A stretch of 64,000 bases of DNA from an uncultured Clostridia bacterium (GCA_945829235.1 CALZUA010000002.1:58650-122649); one strand, 5' to 3'; shown: positions 9,932 through 18,832, counted from the first letter of the stretch. Translations and numbers: made by a program. Notes: generated by a model from the sequence alone, not told the origin.

Positions 9932-10072
9932 GCGGTTTTCGAGGACTGATTTCATAAACAACAACGCCGGCTAGGAAAAACAGCCGGCGTTATTTTATGT
10001 AATTTTGTAGCTAAATCAAAGCTCCTTGATAATTTCACCCATAAGGTTTGGGGTAGCACTGATAGCGTTTGC
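9932..10072. repeat. copy 2 of the duplication (remnant of ilvD 3' end, terminator, true pduL 3' end)
   Basis: Carries a dead ..GAVFED* ilvD tail at 9932..9949 and a second hairpin. Confidence 0.85.
9963..9998. terminator. bidirectional intrinsic terminator (copy 2)
   Basis: AACGCCGGCT-aggaaaaac-AGCCGGCGTT followed by ATTTTAT. Confidence 0.75.
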
Positions 10073-10591
10073 TTCATCGGTATCGATGTGCATAGCGTCC
10101 GCGAACTTGTCGCTAACTCTTACAACAACATCGCCGAGAATTGCCTCTCTGCCGTTGGTCTTGCACTTAACCCAAACAACGTCCTTGTTCTTAACGCCGA
10201 GCTTTTCAGCGGTTTCGGGAACGAGGTGAATGTGGCGCTTTGCAACGATAACGCCTTCCTTGATGGTAACTTCGCCTGCGGGACCGCGGAGTGTGCAGCC
10301 GGGAGTGCCTGCGGTGTCGCCGCTCTCACGGATAACGATGTCAACGCCGATAGAACGCGCGTCTGTTGCCGAAAGCTCAACCTGGTCAGCGGGGCGGCAC
10401 GGACCGAGAATAGAAACGTTTGCAAGCTCCTTCTTGGGACCTACAACGGTAACTCTCTGCTCGCTTGCATACTGTCCGGGCTGGGACAAATCCTTCTTCT
10501 TGGTGAGCTCAGCGCCCTTGCCAAAAAGGATTTCGAGCGTTTCCTGCGTAACGTGAATGTGTCTTGCCGATGTTTCGATAAGAATTTCCAT
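10016..10591 (-). CDS. pduL: phosphate propanoyl/acetyl-transferase PduL
   Basis: Two PduL repeats, with SARHIHV.. and AKRHIHL.. histidine motifs. There are no microcompartment shell genes nearby. Confidence 0.85.
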   Translation of the reverse strand: MEILIETSARHIHVTQETLEILFGKGAELTKKKDLSQPGQYASEQRVTVVGPKKELANVSILGPCRPADQVELSATDARSIGVDIVIRESGDTAGTPGCTLRGPAGEVTIKEGVIVAKRHIHLVPETAEKLGVKNKDVVWVKCKTNGREAILGDVVVRVSDKFADAMHIDTDEANAISATPNLMGEIIKEL

Positions 10592-10661
10592 TTAGAAATA
10601 CCTCCAAAAAATATTTTACAACAATATTATACAACTTTTTCTAAAAAAAATCAAGTAACCT

Positions 10662-10691
10662 ATTGCAATTTTATAAAAAATATGTTATAAT
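10662..10691 (+). promoter_or_regulatory. sigma-70-type promoter of the GNAT-zur-znuACB operon
   Basis: TTGCAA (10662..10667), 18-nt spacer, TATAAT (10686..10691). Confidence 0.6.
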
Positions 10692-10704
10692 TTGAAATTG
10701 AGAT

Positions 10705-10719
10705 TGAAAATCATTTTCA
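10705..10719. promoter_or_regulatory. Fur-family 7-1-7 box, probable Zur operator
   Basis: Perfect palindrome TGAAAAT-C-ATTTTCA, 13 nt downstream of the -10 and upstream of an operon that encodes Zur and ZnuACB. Confidence 0.65.
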
Positions 10720-10736
10720 AATTAGGGAGAAGAGTT

Positions 10737-11249
10737 ATGATAAAGATTGAATTGTTGTCGGAAAGCAACTTTAACGAAAACTCGCTGGATAATTATGTGA
10801 GAACACAGGAAGTGAAAAAGGTTTACCGCAAGCAAGGCGAGGAGTATGTTTTGGTGGAAATGCCGTATGTTGAAGATTGGTCGCTTGAGAAAAAACGTAG
10901 TGTTGCAAAAGATATCAGCAGTAAGGAGTACATTTCGTACATTGCTCTTGATGATGACAAAGTTGTCGGGTTTATCGGTTTAAAAAAGGAGCTTGTCGGC
11001 AACTATATGATTTTGGATATGATGCACACGTCTGCCGAATACCGCGGCAAAGGTCTTGGCAGAAGACTTTTTGAGCTTGGCAGGGAAGCGGCAAGAAAAG
11101 CGGGCGCAAAGGCGCTTTACATATCGGCGTGTTCTTCCGAGGAAACAATTGCGTTTTATAAGGCAATGGGCGCGGTTGTTACAAAGGACACAATCAAGGA
11201 AATTGAAGAAGATGAACCGTGTGACCTGCAGATGATTTGCAAGGTATAA
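10737..11249 (+). CDS. GNAT family N-acetyltransferase
   Basis: Acetyl-CoA motif EYRGKGLGRRLFELGREAARKAG. ATG 10737 has a GGGAGA SD. The ORF-track start 10692 is a TTG that overlaps the promoter. Confidence 0.75.
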   Translation: MIKIELLSESNFNENSLDNYVRTQEVKKVYRKQGEEYVLVEMPYVEDWSLEKKRSVAKDISSKEYISYIALDDDKVVGFIGLKKELVGNYMILDMMHTSAEYRGKGLGRRLFELGREAARKAGAKALYISACSSEETIAFYKAMGAVVTKDTIKEIEEDEPCDLQMICKV

Positions 11250-11262
11250 TTGCGGAGGAAAA

Positions 11263-11670
11263 ATGGATAGAAACAACTACAACACAAAACAGCGCGATGA
11301 AATCGTTGAGTTTTTTTCACGGCACCGTGGGAAATGCTTTTCGGCAAAAGATATTATAAGGAGCGGTGAAATCAAGTCGGGTGAAGCAACGGTTTACAGA
11401 ACGCTCTCGAAATTAGCTGAAAACGGCGTTCTGAAGCGGTTTACCGATGGTGCTTCGGGAGCTTGCTATCAGCTTGCCGAAAGCTCGGACTGCGACAAGC
11501 ATTTTCACCTGAAATGCGAGAAATGCGGAAAACTCATTCACGTTGACTGCGGATTTATGGCTGAAATCAAGCAACACATTGAGGCAAGTCACGATTTTTA
11601 CGTTGACCTCGGCAAGACGGTTTTTTACGGATTGTGCGGGGATTGTTCAAAAGGAGTAGATAATGTTTAA
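11263..11670 (+). CDS. zur: Fur family regulator, probably Zur
   Basis: ATVYRTL winged helix, and CDKHFHLKCEKCG..DC plus C-terminal CGDC metal sites. It lies directly upstream of znuACB. Confidence 0.8.
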   Translation: MDRNNYNTKQRDEIVEFFSRHRGKCFSAKDIIRSGEIKSGEATVYRTLSKLAENGVLKRFTDGASGACYQLAESSDCDKHFHLKCEKCGKLIHVDCGFMAEIKQHIEASHDFYVDLGKTVFYGLCGDCSKGVDNV

Positions 11671-12616
11671 GAAAATTTGCACGGCGTTGCTTGTGTTTTG
11701 CACGGCAATGTTCTGCGGTTGCCAAAACCAAAATAAGCCCGAAAATTCCGGCGGAAAGCTGAAAATTGTCACAACAATTTTTCCCGCCTATGATTTCGCG
11801 AGAAACATTTTCGGGGAAACAGCCGATGTTACGATGCTGTTGAAACCGGGAATGGAGAGCCATTCTTATGACCCGTCGGCAAAGGACGTTGTGAAAATCG
11901 ACGAGTGTGATTTGTTTATCTACAACGGTGGCGAGTCGGACGCTTGGGTTGAAAATATCCTCAAATCAACCGAGAATGTGAAATCGCTGAAAATGGTTGA
12001 CGCGGTTGAGGTTCTCGGCGAGGAGCACACCGACGGTATGACTGCCGAGGAACATGAGGAACACGATGAACACGACCACGACGAGGAATACGATGAGCAC
12101 GTCTGGACTTCACCGAAAAACGCCGCGCTGATTGCTGCAAGTATCTGCGATAAGGCAAAGGAAATTTCTCCCGAAAACGCCGCGGTTTTTGACAAAAACG
12201 CCGAAAGCTATATTGCGAAAATCAATGACCTTGACCGGCGTTTTGCAGAGCTTTTGTCGGGCGAGAAGCGCTATTTTGTGTTCGGCGACAGATTTCCGCT
12301 GTTGTATTTCTTCAAGGAATACGGGTTGAACTATTACGCGGCATTTCCGGGCTGTGCGTCCGAAACCGAGCCTTCTGCGCAGACAATCTCGTTCTTGTCG
12401 AAAAAGTTGAATGAAAGCGACACGATAAAAACCGTGTTTTACATCGAGCTTTCCAACCACAAGCTCGCCGATAATCTCGCCGCTGAAAGCAATCTCCCGA
12501 CAGCCGAATTTCACTCCTGCCACAACATAACTTCATCTGATTTTGAGGCGGGAGAGAGCTATATTTCGCTGATGGAGCGGAATTATCAAACGCTGAAAAC
12601 GGCGCTCGGGAAATAA
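11663..12616 (+). CDS. znuA: zinc ABC transporter substrate-binding lipoprotein (ZnuA/AdcA type)
   Basis: Lipobox FCGC, cluster-9 SBP pattern, and acidic His-rich loop EEHEEHDEHDHDEEYDEH. Confidence 0.85.
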   Translation: MFKKICTALLVFCTAMFCGCQNQNKPENSGGKLKIVTTIFPAYDFARNIFGETADVTMLLKPGMESHSYDPSAKDVVKIDECDLFIYNGGESDAWVENILKSTENVKSLKMVDAVEVLGEEHTDGMTAEEHEEHDEHDHDEEYDEHVWTSPKNAALIAASICDKAKEISPENAAVFDKNAESYIAKINDLDRRFAELLSGEKRYFVFGDRFPLLYFFKEYGLNYYAAFPGCASETEPSAQTISFLSKKLNESDTIKTVFYIELSNHKLADNLAAESNLPTAEFHSCHNITSSDFEAGESYISLMERNYQTLKTALGK

Positions 12617-12637
12617 ATTGACCGAAAGACATCGGAG

Positions 12638-13354
12638 GTGTTTTTTACGGCACTTATTAAAATAGAAAATCTCACGCTGTCGTATGAAAATATGACGGTT
12701 ATCGAGAATATGAGCTTTGAGGTTGCGGACGGCGATTATCTTTGCATTGTCGGTGAAAACGGCTCGGGAAAAAGCACGCTCGTGAAAGCACTTTTGTCGC
12801 TGAAAAAGCCGGAGAAAGGCGCGATTGAGTTTGGCGAGGGCTTGAAAAAGAACGAAATCGGTTATCTTCCGCAACAGACGATGGCGCAAAAGGATTTTCC
12901 CGCAAGCGTTTACGAGGTTGTGCTTTCGGGGTGTTTGAACTCGCGCGGTATTCGCCCGTTTTACTCTGCGAAAGAACGCAAAAAAGCTCTTGATACGATG
13001 GAACTGCTCGGGATAATCGATTTGAAAAACCGCAGTTACCGCGACTTATCGGGCGGACAGCAACAGAGAGTGCTTTTAAGCCGCGCGCTTTGTGCAACGA
13101 AAAAGCTGATTTTGCTCGATGAACCGGTTGCCGGACTTGACCCGATTGTTACCGCGGAGCTGTACGATTTAATCGAAAAAATCAACAAAAGCGGCGTGAC
13201 GGTTATTATGGTAACTCACGATTTGTCTGCGGCTCTTAAATGCTCAAAACACATTCTTTGTATGACCGAAACCGAGTGGTTTTTCGGGAGCAGGGAAGAG
13301 TTTTTGAAGAGCAAATTCGCGGACTTTATGAGGGGAAGTGAAGCAGTTGATTGA
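12638..13354 (+). CDS. znuC: zinc ABC transporter ATP-binding protein
   Basis: Walker A GENGSGKST, LSGGQQQRVLLSRAL and LILLDEP. The GTG start is the only canonical in-frame start, and its SD is poorly spaced. Confidence 0.85.
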   Translation: MFFTALIKIENLTLSYENMTVIENMSFEVADGDYLCIVGENGSGKSTLVKALLSLKKPEKGAIEFGEGLKKNEIGYLPQQTMAQKDFPASVYEVVLSGCLNSRGIRPFYSAKERKKALDTMELLGIIDLKNRSYRDLSGGQQQRVLLSRALCATKKLILLDEPVAGLDPIVTAELYDLIEKINKSGVTVIMVTHDLSAALKCSKHILCMTETEWFFGSREEFLKSKFADFMRGSEAVD

Positions 13355-14168
13355 GGTTTTCTCGGAAATTTTTTCATCGCCGATACTGGTAAGAGCGCTG
13401 ATTGTGGGCGTGCTGGTTTCGCTTTGCGCGGCGCTTTTGGGAGTAAGCCTTGTGCTGAAACGTTTCTCCATGATAGGTGACGGACTTTCTCACGTTGGAT
13501 TTGGTGCGCTTGCAATTGCCGCGGTGATGAATTTAGCACCTATGGCTGTGGCAATTCCCGTTGTGCTGATAGCGGCTTTTTTGCTGTTACGGTTATCGTC
13601 GAACGGTAAAATCAAGGGCGATGCGGCGATTGCGATGATATCAACAGGCGCTCTCGGAATAGGCGTAATGGCGGTTTCAATGTCCAAGGGAACGAACATC
13701 GACCTCAACAGCTACCTTTTCGGTAGCATTATGTCGGTAAGCTCGGAAGACGTTGTGATAAGCGTAATTCTTGCTGTAATCGTGCTCTTTATGTTCGTGT
13801 TCTTCTACACAAAGATCTTCGCGATAACCTTTGACGAGAGCTTTGCCAAGGCAACGGGAACTGCCGCGAATGTATACAATATGCTGATTGCGCTGCTCAC
13901 GGCGATGACCATTGTAATCGGAATGAGGCTGATGGGAAGTATGCTGATTTCCAGCCTGATAATTTTCCCCGCGCTTTGCTCAATGCGCGTTTTCAAGAGC
14001 TTCAAATCCGTGACAATTTGCTCGGGGATAATCTCGATTGTAACATTTCTCGCGGGAATGGTGATTTCGTATGTTGCCGAAACTCCGTGCGGAGCGAGCA
14101 TTGTATGCGTGAATACTTTGACGTTTCTGATATTTTTCGTTATCGGAAAAATCAAAAAAACCGCATAA
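13338..14168 (+). CDS. znuB: zinc ABC transporter permease
   Basis: ABC-3 family polytopic membrane protein. GTG start with a GAGGGG SD, overlapping the znuC end. Confidence 0.85.
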   Translation: MKQLIEVFSEIFSSPILVRALIVGVLVSLCAALLGVSLVLKRFSMIGDGLSHVGFGALAIAAVMNLAPMAVAIPVVLIAAFLLLRLSSNGKIKGDAAIAMISTGALGIGVMAVSMSKGTNIDLNSYLFGSIMSVSSEDVVISVILAVIVLFMFVFFYTKIFAITFDESFAKATGTAANVYNMLIALLTAMTIVIGMRLMGSMLISSLIIFPALCSMRVFKSFKSVTICSGIISIVTFLAGMVISYVAETPCGASIVCVNTLTFLIFFVIGKIKKTA

Positions 14169-14170
14169 AG

Positions 14171-14203
14171 AAAAGCTCCGATTTTACTCGGAGCTTTTGT
14201 TGT
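14171..14203. terminator. bidirectional intrinsic terminator between znuB and the SCP2 gene
   Basis: AAAAGCTCCG-attttact-CGGAGCTTTT. Confidence 0.8.
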
Positions 14204-14217
14204 TTAATTCAGTTAAA

Positions 14218-14814
14218 TCAGAAAATGCTTCCCAAAGCAAGTGCAGCGGGAATATTTCCGTTTGCGTTAAGAGCACCCGAAGCGATTGCGTTAGCGAGAG
14301 TGAGCTTTCCGTTCAGGAACTGAAGCATATTTTCGTAGCTGATATACGCTTCAAAGGAAGCCGCATTGTACTCAAAAGGCGAAATGGTGAGAGCGCCGTC
14401 CTTGATTTCGATATAGAAATGACGGTCGGTTTCGTCATCCCAGCCCCAAACCTTAACGTCAACGGCAACATTTGTCTTGACAGCGGAAGCCTTTTTCTTG
14501 TCAACCATCTTTTCGAGCTTTTTGCACATCTCGTCAATGCCGACAACCTTAGCCTTCTTTACAGCGGGCTTAGCGGTTTTAGTAGCTTTAGCGGTTTTTG
14601 CGGGAGCTTTCTTTGCGGTATCAGTCTTCTTCGCAACCTCAGGCTTAGCTGCAGTCTTTTTCGCAACGGGCTTCGCAGCGGTCTTTACTGCCTTTTCAGC
14701 AACAGGAGCGGTTGCCGGTTTTTCAGCAACAGGTGTTGTCTTTACAGCCTTTTCAGCAACGGTTTTTTTGGTTGCAGTCTTCTTTTCGGTAGCTTTTGCA
14801 GTTCCTTTAGTCAT
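14218..14814 (-). CDS. SCP2 (sterol-carrier-like) domain protein with Lys/Ala/Pro-rich histone-H1-like N-terminal tail
   Basis: About 90 N-terminal residues of KKTA/AEKAVKT/AKPVAKK repeats. The C-terminal roughly 100 residues resemble SCP2 (FYIEIKDGALTISPFEY...LNGKL..A.ASG.L...GN). Confidence 0.6.
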   Translation of the reverse strand: MTKGTAKATEKKTATKKTVAEKAVKTTPVAEKPATAPVAEKAVKTAAKPVAKKTAAKPEVAKKTDTAKKAPAKTAKATKTAKPAVKKAKVVGIDEMCKKLEKMVDKKKASAVKTNVAVDVKVWGWDDETDRHFYIEIKDGALTISPFEYNAASFEAYISYENMLQFLNGKLTLANAIASGALNANGNIPAALALGSIF

Positions 14815-14961
14815 AACAAAAATCCTTTCTTAATTTCTCCCGTTATTCACGGAAGTTAACTTTATAAATAAATAATAACATATATTAAAAAATTTTTCAA
14901 CCATTTTTTTTAACTTTTTTGCGAAAAATCTGCCAATTTTTCAAAAATTTCATATAAAAAT

Positions 14962-14994
14962 ACAAAAAAAGCGCTCCAAAAAACTCGGAGCGCT
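14962..14994 (-). terminator. intrinsic terminator ending the arginine operon
   Basis: On the minus strand: AGCGCTCC-gagtttttt-GGAGCGCT followed by TTTTTTTG. Confidence 0.8.
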
Positions 14995-15006
14995 GATTTT
15001 TTCAAA

Positions 15007-15918
15007 TTACTTTTCGGGAGCCATAAGGCGAACCATAACAGCTTTCTGCGCGTGCAGACGGTTTTCAGCTTCGTCAAAAATCTCCTTTGCGTGCTGTTCA
15101 AACACCTTTGCGGTGATTTCTTCCTCACGGTGAGCGGGGAGGCAGTGCATAACGATAGCGTCAGATTTTGCCGCGCTCATAACCTCGTCGTTAATTTGAT
15201 AGCCCTTGAACGCAATCTTGCGCTGTTCAGCTTCACCTTCCTGACCCATCGAAGCCCAAACGTCCGTGTAAAGAACATCTGCATCGGCTGCCGCTTCAAC
15301 AGGATTATTGATAAGCTTGAAATTCGCGTAATCCTTGGTGAAATCGAGAATCTGCTTGTCGGGATAATAACCCTCGGGGCAGGCAAGCGTTACGTTCATT
15401 CCCACCTTAAGACAGCCGACAGTGAGCGAGTTCGCCATATTGTTTCCGTCGCCGATGTAGCAGAAATTGAGTCCCTCAAACTTGTTTTTGTACTCACGGA
15501 TTGTCTGCAAATCAGCGAGAACCTGACACGGATGACAGAAATCGGTCAAACCGTTGATAATCGGGATTGTGCCGTATTCCGCGAGATTTTCAACCTCAGC
15601 TTGTTCAAAGGTACGAATCATAATACCGTTGAGGTAGCGCGAGAGCACGCGTGCGGTATCCTGAACAGGCTCGCCGCGACCTATCTGCAACTCCTTTGAC
15701 GACAGGAAGAGCGCGTTTCCGCCGAGCTGATACATACCGGTTTCAAACGAAACACGAGTACGCGTGGACGCTTTCTGGAAAATCATTCCGAGCGTCATAC
15801 CCTTCAAAATGTTGTGCGGGATACCGTGTTTTTGCTCATATTTGAGCTGGTCTGCGAGGTTCAGAATGTCGATAATCTCCTCGGTGCTCAAATCAAGCAG
15901 TTTCAGTAAATGTTTCAT
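15007..15918 (-). CDS. argF: ornithine carbamoyltransferase
   Basis: STRTRVSFE, HPCQ, DVWASMGQE and HCLPA motifs. Confidence 0.9.
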   Translation of the reverse strand: MKHLLKLLDLSTEEIIDILNLADQLKYEQKHGIPHNILKGMTLGMIFQKASTRTRVSFETGMYQLGGNALFLSSKELQIGRGEPVQDTARVLSRYLNGIMIRTFEQAEVENLAEYGTIPIINGLTDFCHPCQVLADLQTIREYKNKFEGLNFCYIGDGNNMANSLTVGCLKVGMNVTLACPEGYYPDKQILDFTKDYANFKLINNPVEAAADADVLYTDVWASMGQEGEAEQRKIAFKGYQINDEVMSAAKSDAIVMHCLPAHREEEITAKVFEQHAKEIFDEAENRLHAQKAVMVRLMAPEK

Positions 15919-15932
15919 AGCAATTTTTCCTT

Positions 15933-16364
15933 TCAGATATTGTTTTCTTCAATTAACATATTGAAATAATTCAAGTCGGTTCTCAATTCCCAACCAAGCG
16001 AGCGCCAGAAGCCGTTTCCAAGCTCGTTTGACGAAAAGCAAACCAGCGCGCATTTGGTGATGCCTTCTTTTTTCAGTGCCGCAAGAGCAAGCTCAACGAG
16101 CTGTTTTCCGACACCGTTTTTACGGTAATCGGGGAGCACGCAAGCGTGGTAAATAAACCCGCGCCGACCGTCGTTTCCGCAAAGAATACAGCCGACAATC
16201 GCGTCACCGTCAACCGCGCAAAACGAGGTTTCGGGGTTTCTTTTGAGGAATTTTGCAATGCCCTCGCGCGAGTCGTCAAGACTGCGAAGTCCCATTCCCG
16301 CGATGCTTTGCCACAACTTGAAAAGCGTGTCGTAATCTTCGATAACGATTTTCCTGTAATTCAT
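15933..16364 (-). CDS. GNAT family N-acetyltransferase
   Basis: YRKNGVGKQLVELALAALKKEG acetyl-CoA motif. ATG at 16364; the ORF-track start 16373 is GTG. Confidence 0.75.
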   Translation of the reverse strand: MNYRKIVIEDYDTLFKLWQSIAGMGLRSLDDSREGIAKFLKRNPETSFCAVDGDAIVGCILCGNDGRRGFIYHACVLPDYRKNGVGKQLVELALAALKKEGITKCALVCFSSNELGNGFWRSLGWELRTDLNYFNMLIEENNI

Positions 16365-16373
16365 TTTCACCAC

Positions 16374-16775
16374 TCACGCCTTCGTTGATTGCAGAACAAA
16401 AAACGTGTAAACAGCGGGGAAGAGCAGAACCAAAATATCGCCGATGTTGAAGCCGTGACCAAAGCTGAAGAACAACGAAACCAGCGCCAGAAGCGTTACG
16501 CAAATTCCCGAAATAAACGCGGGCTTACGCGCTTTTTCCTTGTTGAAAATCGTGAGCATAACGCCAAACCAACCCATTGAAGCAAACGCAAGCGCGGTTA
16601 TGATAAGACCGATGAGGTTGCCGATAAAGCCCAGCATATTGCCGCTTTGGATTGTCGAGAAAATCGCAAATCGGATAAAATATCCTTTTCCGGACAGCAC
16701 TTGTAAATTCATAATAATCGTAAAAACTGCGATAATCAGGCTCGTCACGGAGATAATCTGCGTAATTCGTTTCAT
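16374..16775 (-). CDS. hypothetical membrane protein (4 TM)
   Basis: Four hydrophobic helices and no recognisable family. It is packed between argD and the GNAT gene. Confidence 0.5.
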   Translation of the reverse strand: MKRITQIISVTSLIIAVFTIIMNLQVLSGKGYFIRFAIFSTIQSGNMLGFIGNLIGLIITALAFASMGWFGVMLTIFNKEKARKPAFISGICVTLLALVSLFFSFGHGFNIGDILVLLFPAVYTFFVLQSTKA

Positions 16776-16786
16776 TTTTGCTCCTT

Positions 16787-17953
16787 TCAGCTCTCAAGCA
16801 GTCCGATGAGAATATCAAGTCCCTCGTCAAGCTCCTCGTAGGTTATCGTAAGCGGCGGGAGAAGTCTGACTTTGGTTTTCGCCGTCAGCACAAGCAAGCC
16901 GTTTTCAAGACAAGCCTTTGCGATATCGCCGGCTTTTTTCGTTTTCAGCTCAATACCAACCATAAGTCCTATTCCCGAAACCGACTGCACCTCACTGCAT
17001 TTAGCAAGCTTTTTGCGAATGTAATCGCCTTTCTTGGCAACCTCGTCCAAAAATCCCTCGGAATTAACCTTGTTCAAAACGGCAAGCCCGCCCGCGCAGG
17101 CAAGGGGATTTCCACCGAAAGTTGAGCCGTGAGTGCCGGGTGTGAGAACGTTTGCGCACTTTTCACCCGACAGACAAACTCCGATAGGAACGCCGCCCGC
17201 AAGACCTTTTGCAAGCGTAGTCAAATCGGTTTTATGACCGAAATGTTCACCGCAGAGGAATTTTCCCGTTCTGCCAACGCCCGTCTGAACCTCATCGGCG
17301 ATTGTCAGAATGTCCTTCTCGGCGCAGAGCTTGAAAATCTCGTCAACAAAATCCTTGTCAAGCGCACAAACTCCGCCTTCGCCCTGAATATACTCGAACA
17401 TAACCGCGCAAACGGTATCGTCAAGCTTTTCGCGCAAATCCGCGATATTGTTCGCTTCAACGTTCACAAAACCCTCGACAAACGGGAAAAAGTAGTTGTG
17501 AAAAACGTCCTGACCGGTTGCGGAGAGCGTGCAAATCGTTCTTCCGTGGAAAGAGTTTTTGAGAGTAATTATGTTGTGGCGACCTTTTCCGTACTTGTCA
17601 AAGCTGTACTTTCTGGCAATTTTTATCGCACATTCGTTTGCTTCTGCACCGGAATTGCCGAAAAACATATCGGTATAACCCGTGGTTTCGCAGAGCGCTT
17701 TTGCGAAATCCGCCTGAACCTTTGTGTAGTAGTAATTCGATGTGTGCTGAATTTTTCTCGCCTGATTACAAACAGCTTCAACCCACTCGTCGTTGCAGTA
17801 GCCGAGAGAATTTACGCCGATTCCCGAGCCGAAATCGATGTATTTTTTCCCGTTTTCGTCAACGGAAACCTCCTGCTCGCCGCTTTCCATAACCAAATCA
17901 TAGCGCCCATAGGAGTGCATTATGTATTTGTTGAATTGCTCAATAGTTCCCAA
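16787..17953 (-). CDS. argD: acetylornithine aminotransferase
   Basis: Class-III aminotransferase, with GSGIGVNSLGY, DEVQTGVGRTGK and PLP-lysine region TLAKGLAGG. Confidence 0.9.
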   Translation of the reverse strand: MGTIEQFNKYIMHSYGRYDLVMESGEQEVSVDENGKKYIDFGSGIGVNSLGYCNDEWVEAVCNQARKIQHTSNYYYTKVQADFAKALCETTGYTDMFFGNSGAEANECAIKIARKYSFDKYGKGRHNIITLKNSFHGRTICTLSATGQDVFHNYFFPFVEGFVNVEANNIADLREKLDDTVCAVMFEYIQGEGGVCALDKDFVDEIFKLCAEKDILTIADEVQTGVGRTGKFLCGEHFGHKTDLTTLAKGLAGGVPIGVCLSGEKCANVLTPGTHGSTFGGNPLACAGGLAVLNKVNSEGFLDEVAKKGDYIRKKLAKCSEVQSVSGIGLMVGIELKTKKAGDIAKACLENGLLVLTAKTKVRLLPPLTITYEELDEGLDILIGLLES

Positions 17954-17965
17954 AAAATCACCTTC

Positions 17966-18820
17966 TTATGCAATAATCATAGTACCTGCGCCGAGGTCGG
18001 TCAGCAGTTCAATCAAAATCGAGTGCGGAATACGCCCGTCGATGATGTTTGCCTGTTTAACACCGCGCCTTACTGCCTCAACACAGCAGTCGATTTTCGG
18101 TATCATACCGCCCGAAATAATGCCCTGCTTTTTGAGGTACGGCACTTCGCTTACTCCGACTGTTCTGATAAGCGTGTTTTCATCGTCCTTGTCCTCGAGA
18201 AGTCCCTTGATATCGGTAAGCAGGATAAGGCTCGGCGCTTTCATTTCCGCGGCAATTCTAGCGGCGGCGGTATCTGCGTTTATGTTGTAAACGGTTCCGC
18301 CCTCGCCGCGACCGATTGTCGAAATAACGGGAATGTAGCCGTTATCCAGCGCTGTCTGAATAATCTCGGGATTAACCGCGGTGATTTCACCAACGTAACC
18401 CAAATCGGGGTTCAGGCACTTCGCTTCAATCATATTCCCATCAAGACCGCAAAGTCCGATTGCCTTTCCGTCGTGGCTTTCGAGCATTGAAACGAGGTCT
18501 TTGTTGACCTTGCCCGCGAGAACCATCTGAACAATATCGATAGTTTCTTCATCGGTATAGCGCAGACCGTTTACGAACTTGCTTTCCTTGCCGATTTTGC
18601 CGAGCATCGTGTTGATTTCGGGACCGCCGCCGTGAACGAGAACGACCTTAATTCCCACAATCGACAGCATAACCACATCGCGCATAACCGCCTGCTTCAG
18701 ACGCTCGTTTGTCATAGCGTTTCCGCCATACTTGATAACGACAACCTTGCCGTTGTATTTCTGAAGATAGGGCAGAGCCTCTATCATTATATTCGCCCGA
18801 ATATCGTAATCAATTTCCAT
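17966..18820 (-). CDS. argB: acetylglutamate kinase
   Basis: VVIKYGGNAM and VLVHGGGP motifs. ATG 18820 has an AAGGAG SD 9 nt upstream; the ORF-track GTG 18829 is less likely. Confidence 0.9.
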   Translation of the reverse strand: MEIDYDIRANIMIEALPYLQKYNGKVVVIKYGGNAMTNERLKQAVMRDVVMLSIVGIKVVLVHGGGPEINTMLGKIGKESKFVNGLRYTDEETIDIVQMVLAGKVNKDLVSMLESHDGKAIGLCGLDGNMIEAKCLNPDLGYVGEITAVNPEIIQTALDNGYIPVISTIGRGEGGTVYNINADTAAARIAAEMKAPSLILLTDIKGLLEDKDDENTLIRTVGVSEVPYLKKQGIISGGMIPKIDCCVEAVRRGVKQANIIDGRIPHSILIELLTDLGAGTMIIA

Positions 18821-18832
18821 TTCAACCACTCC

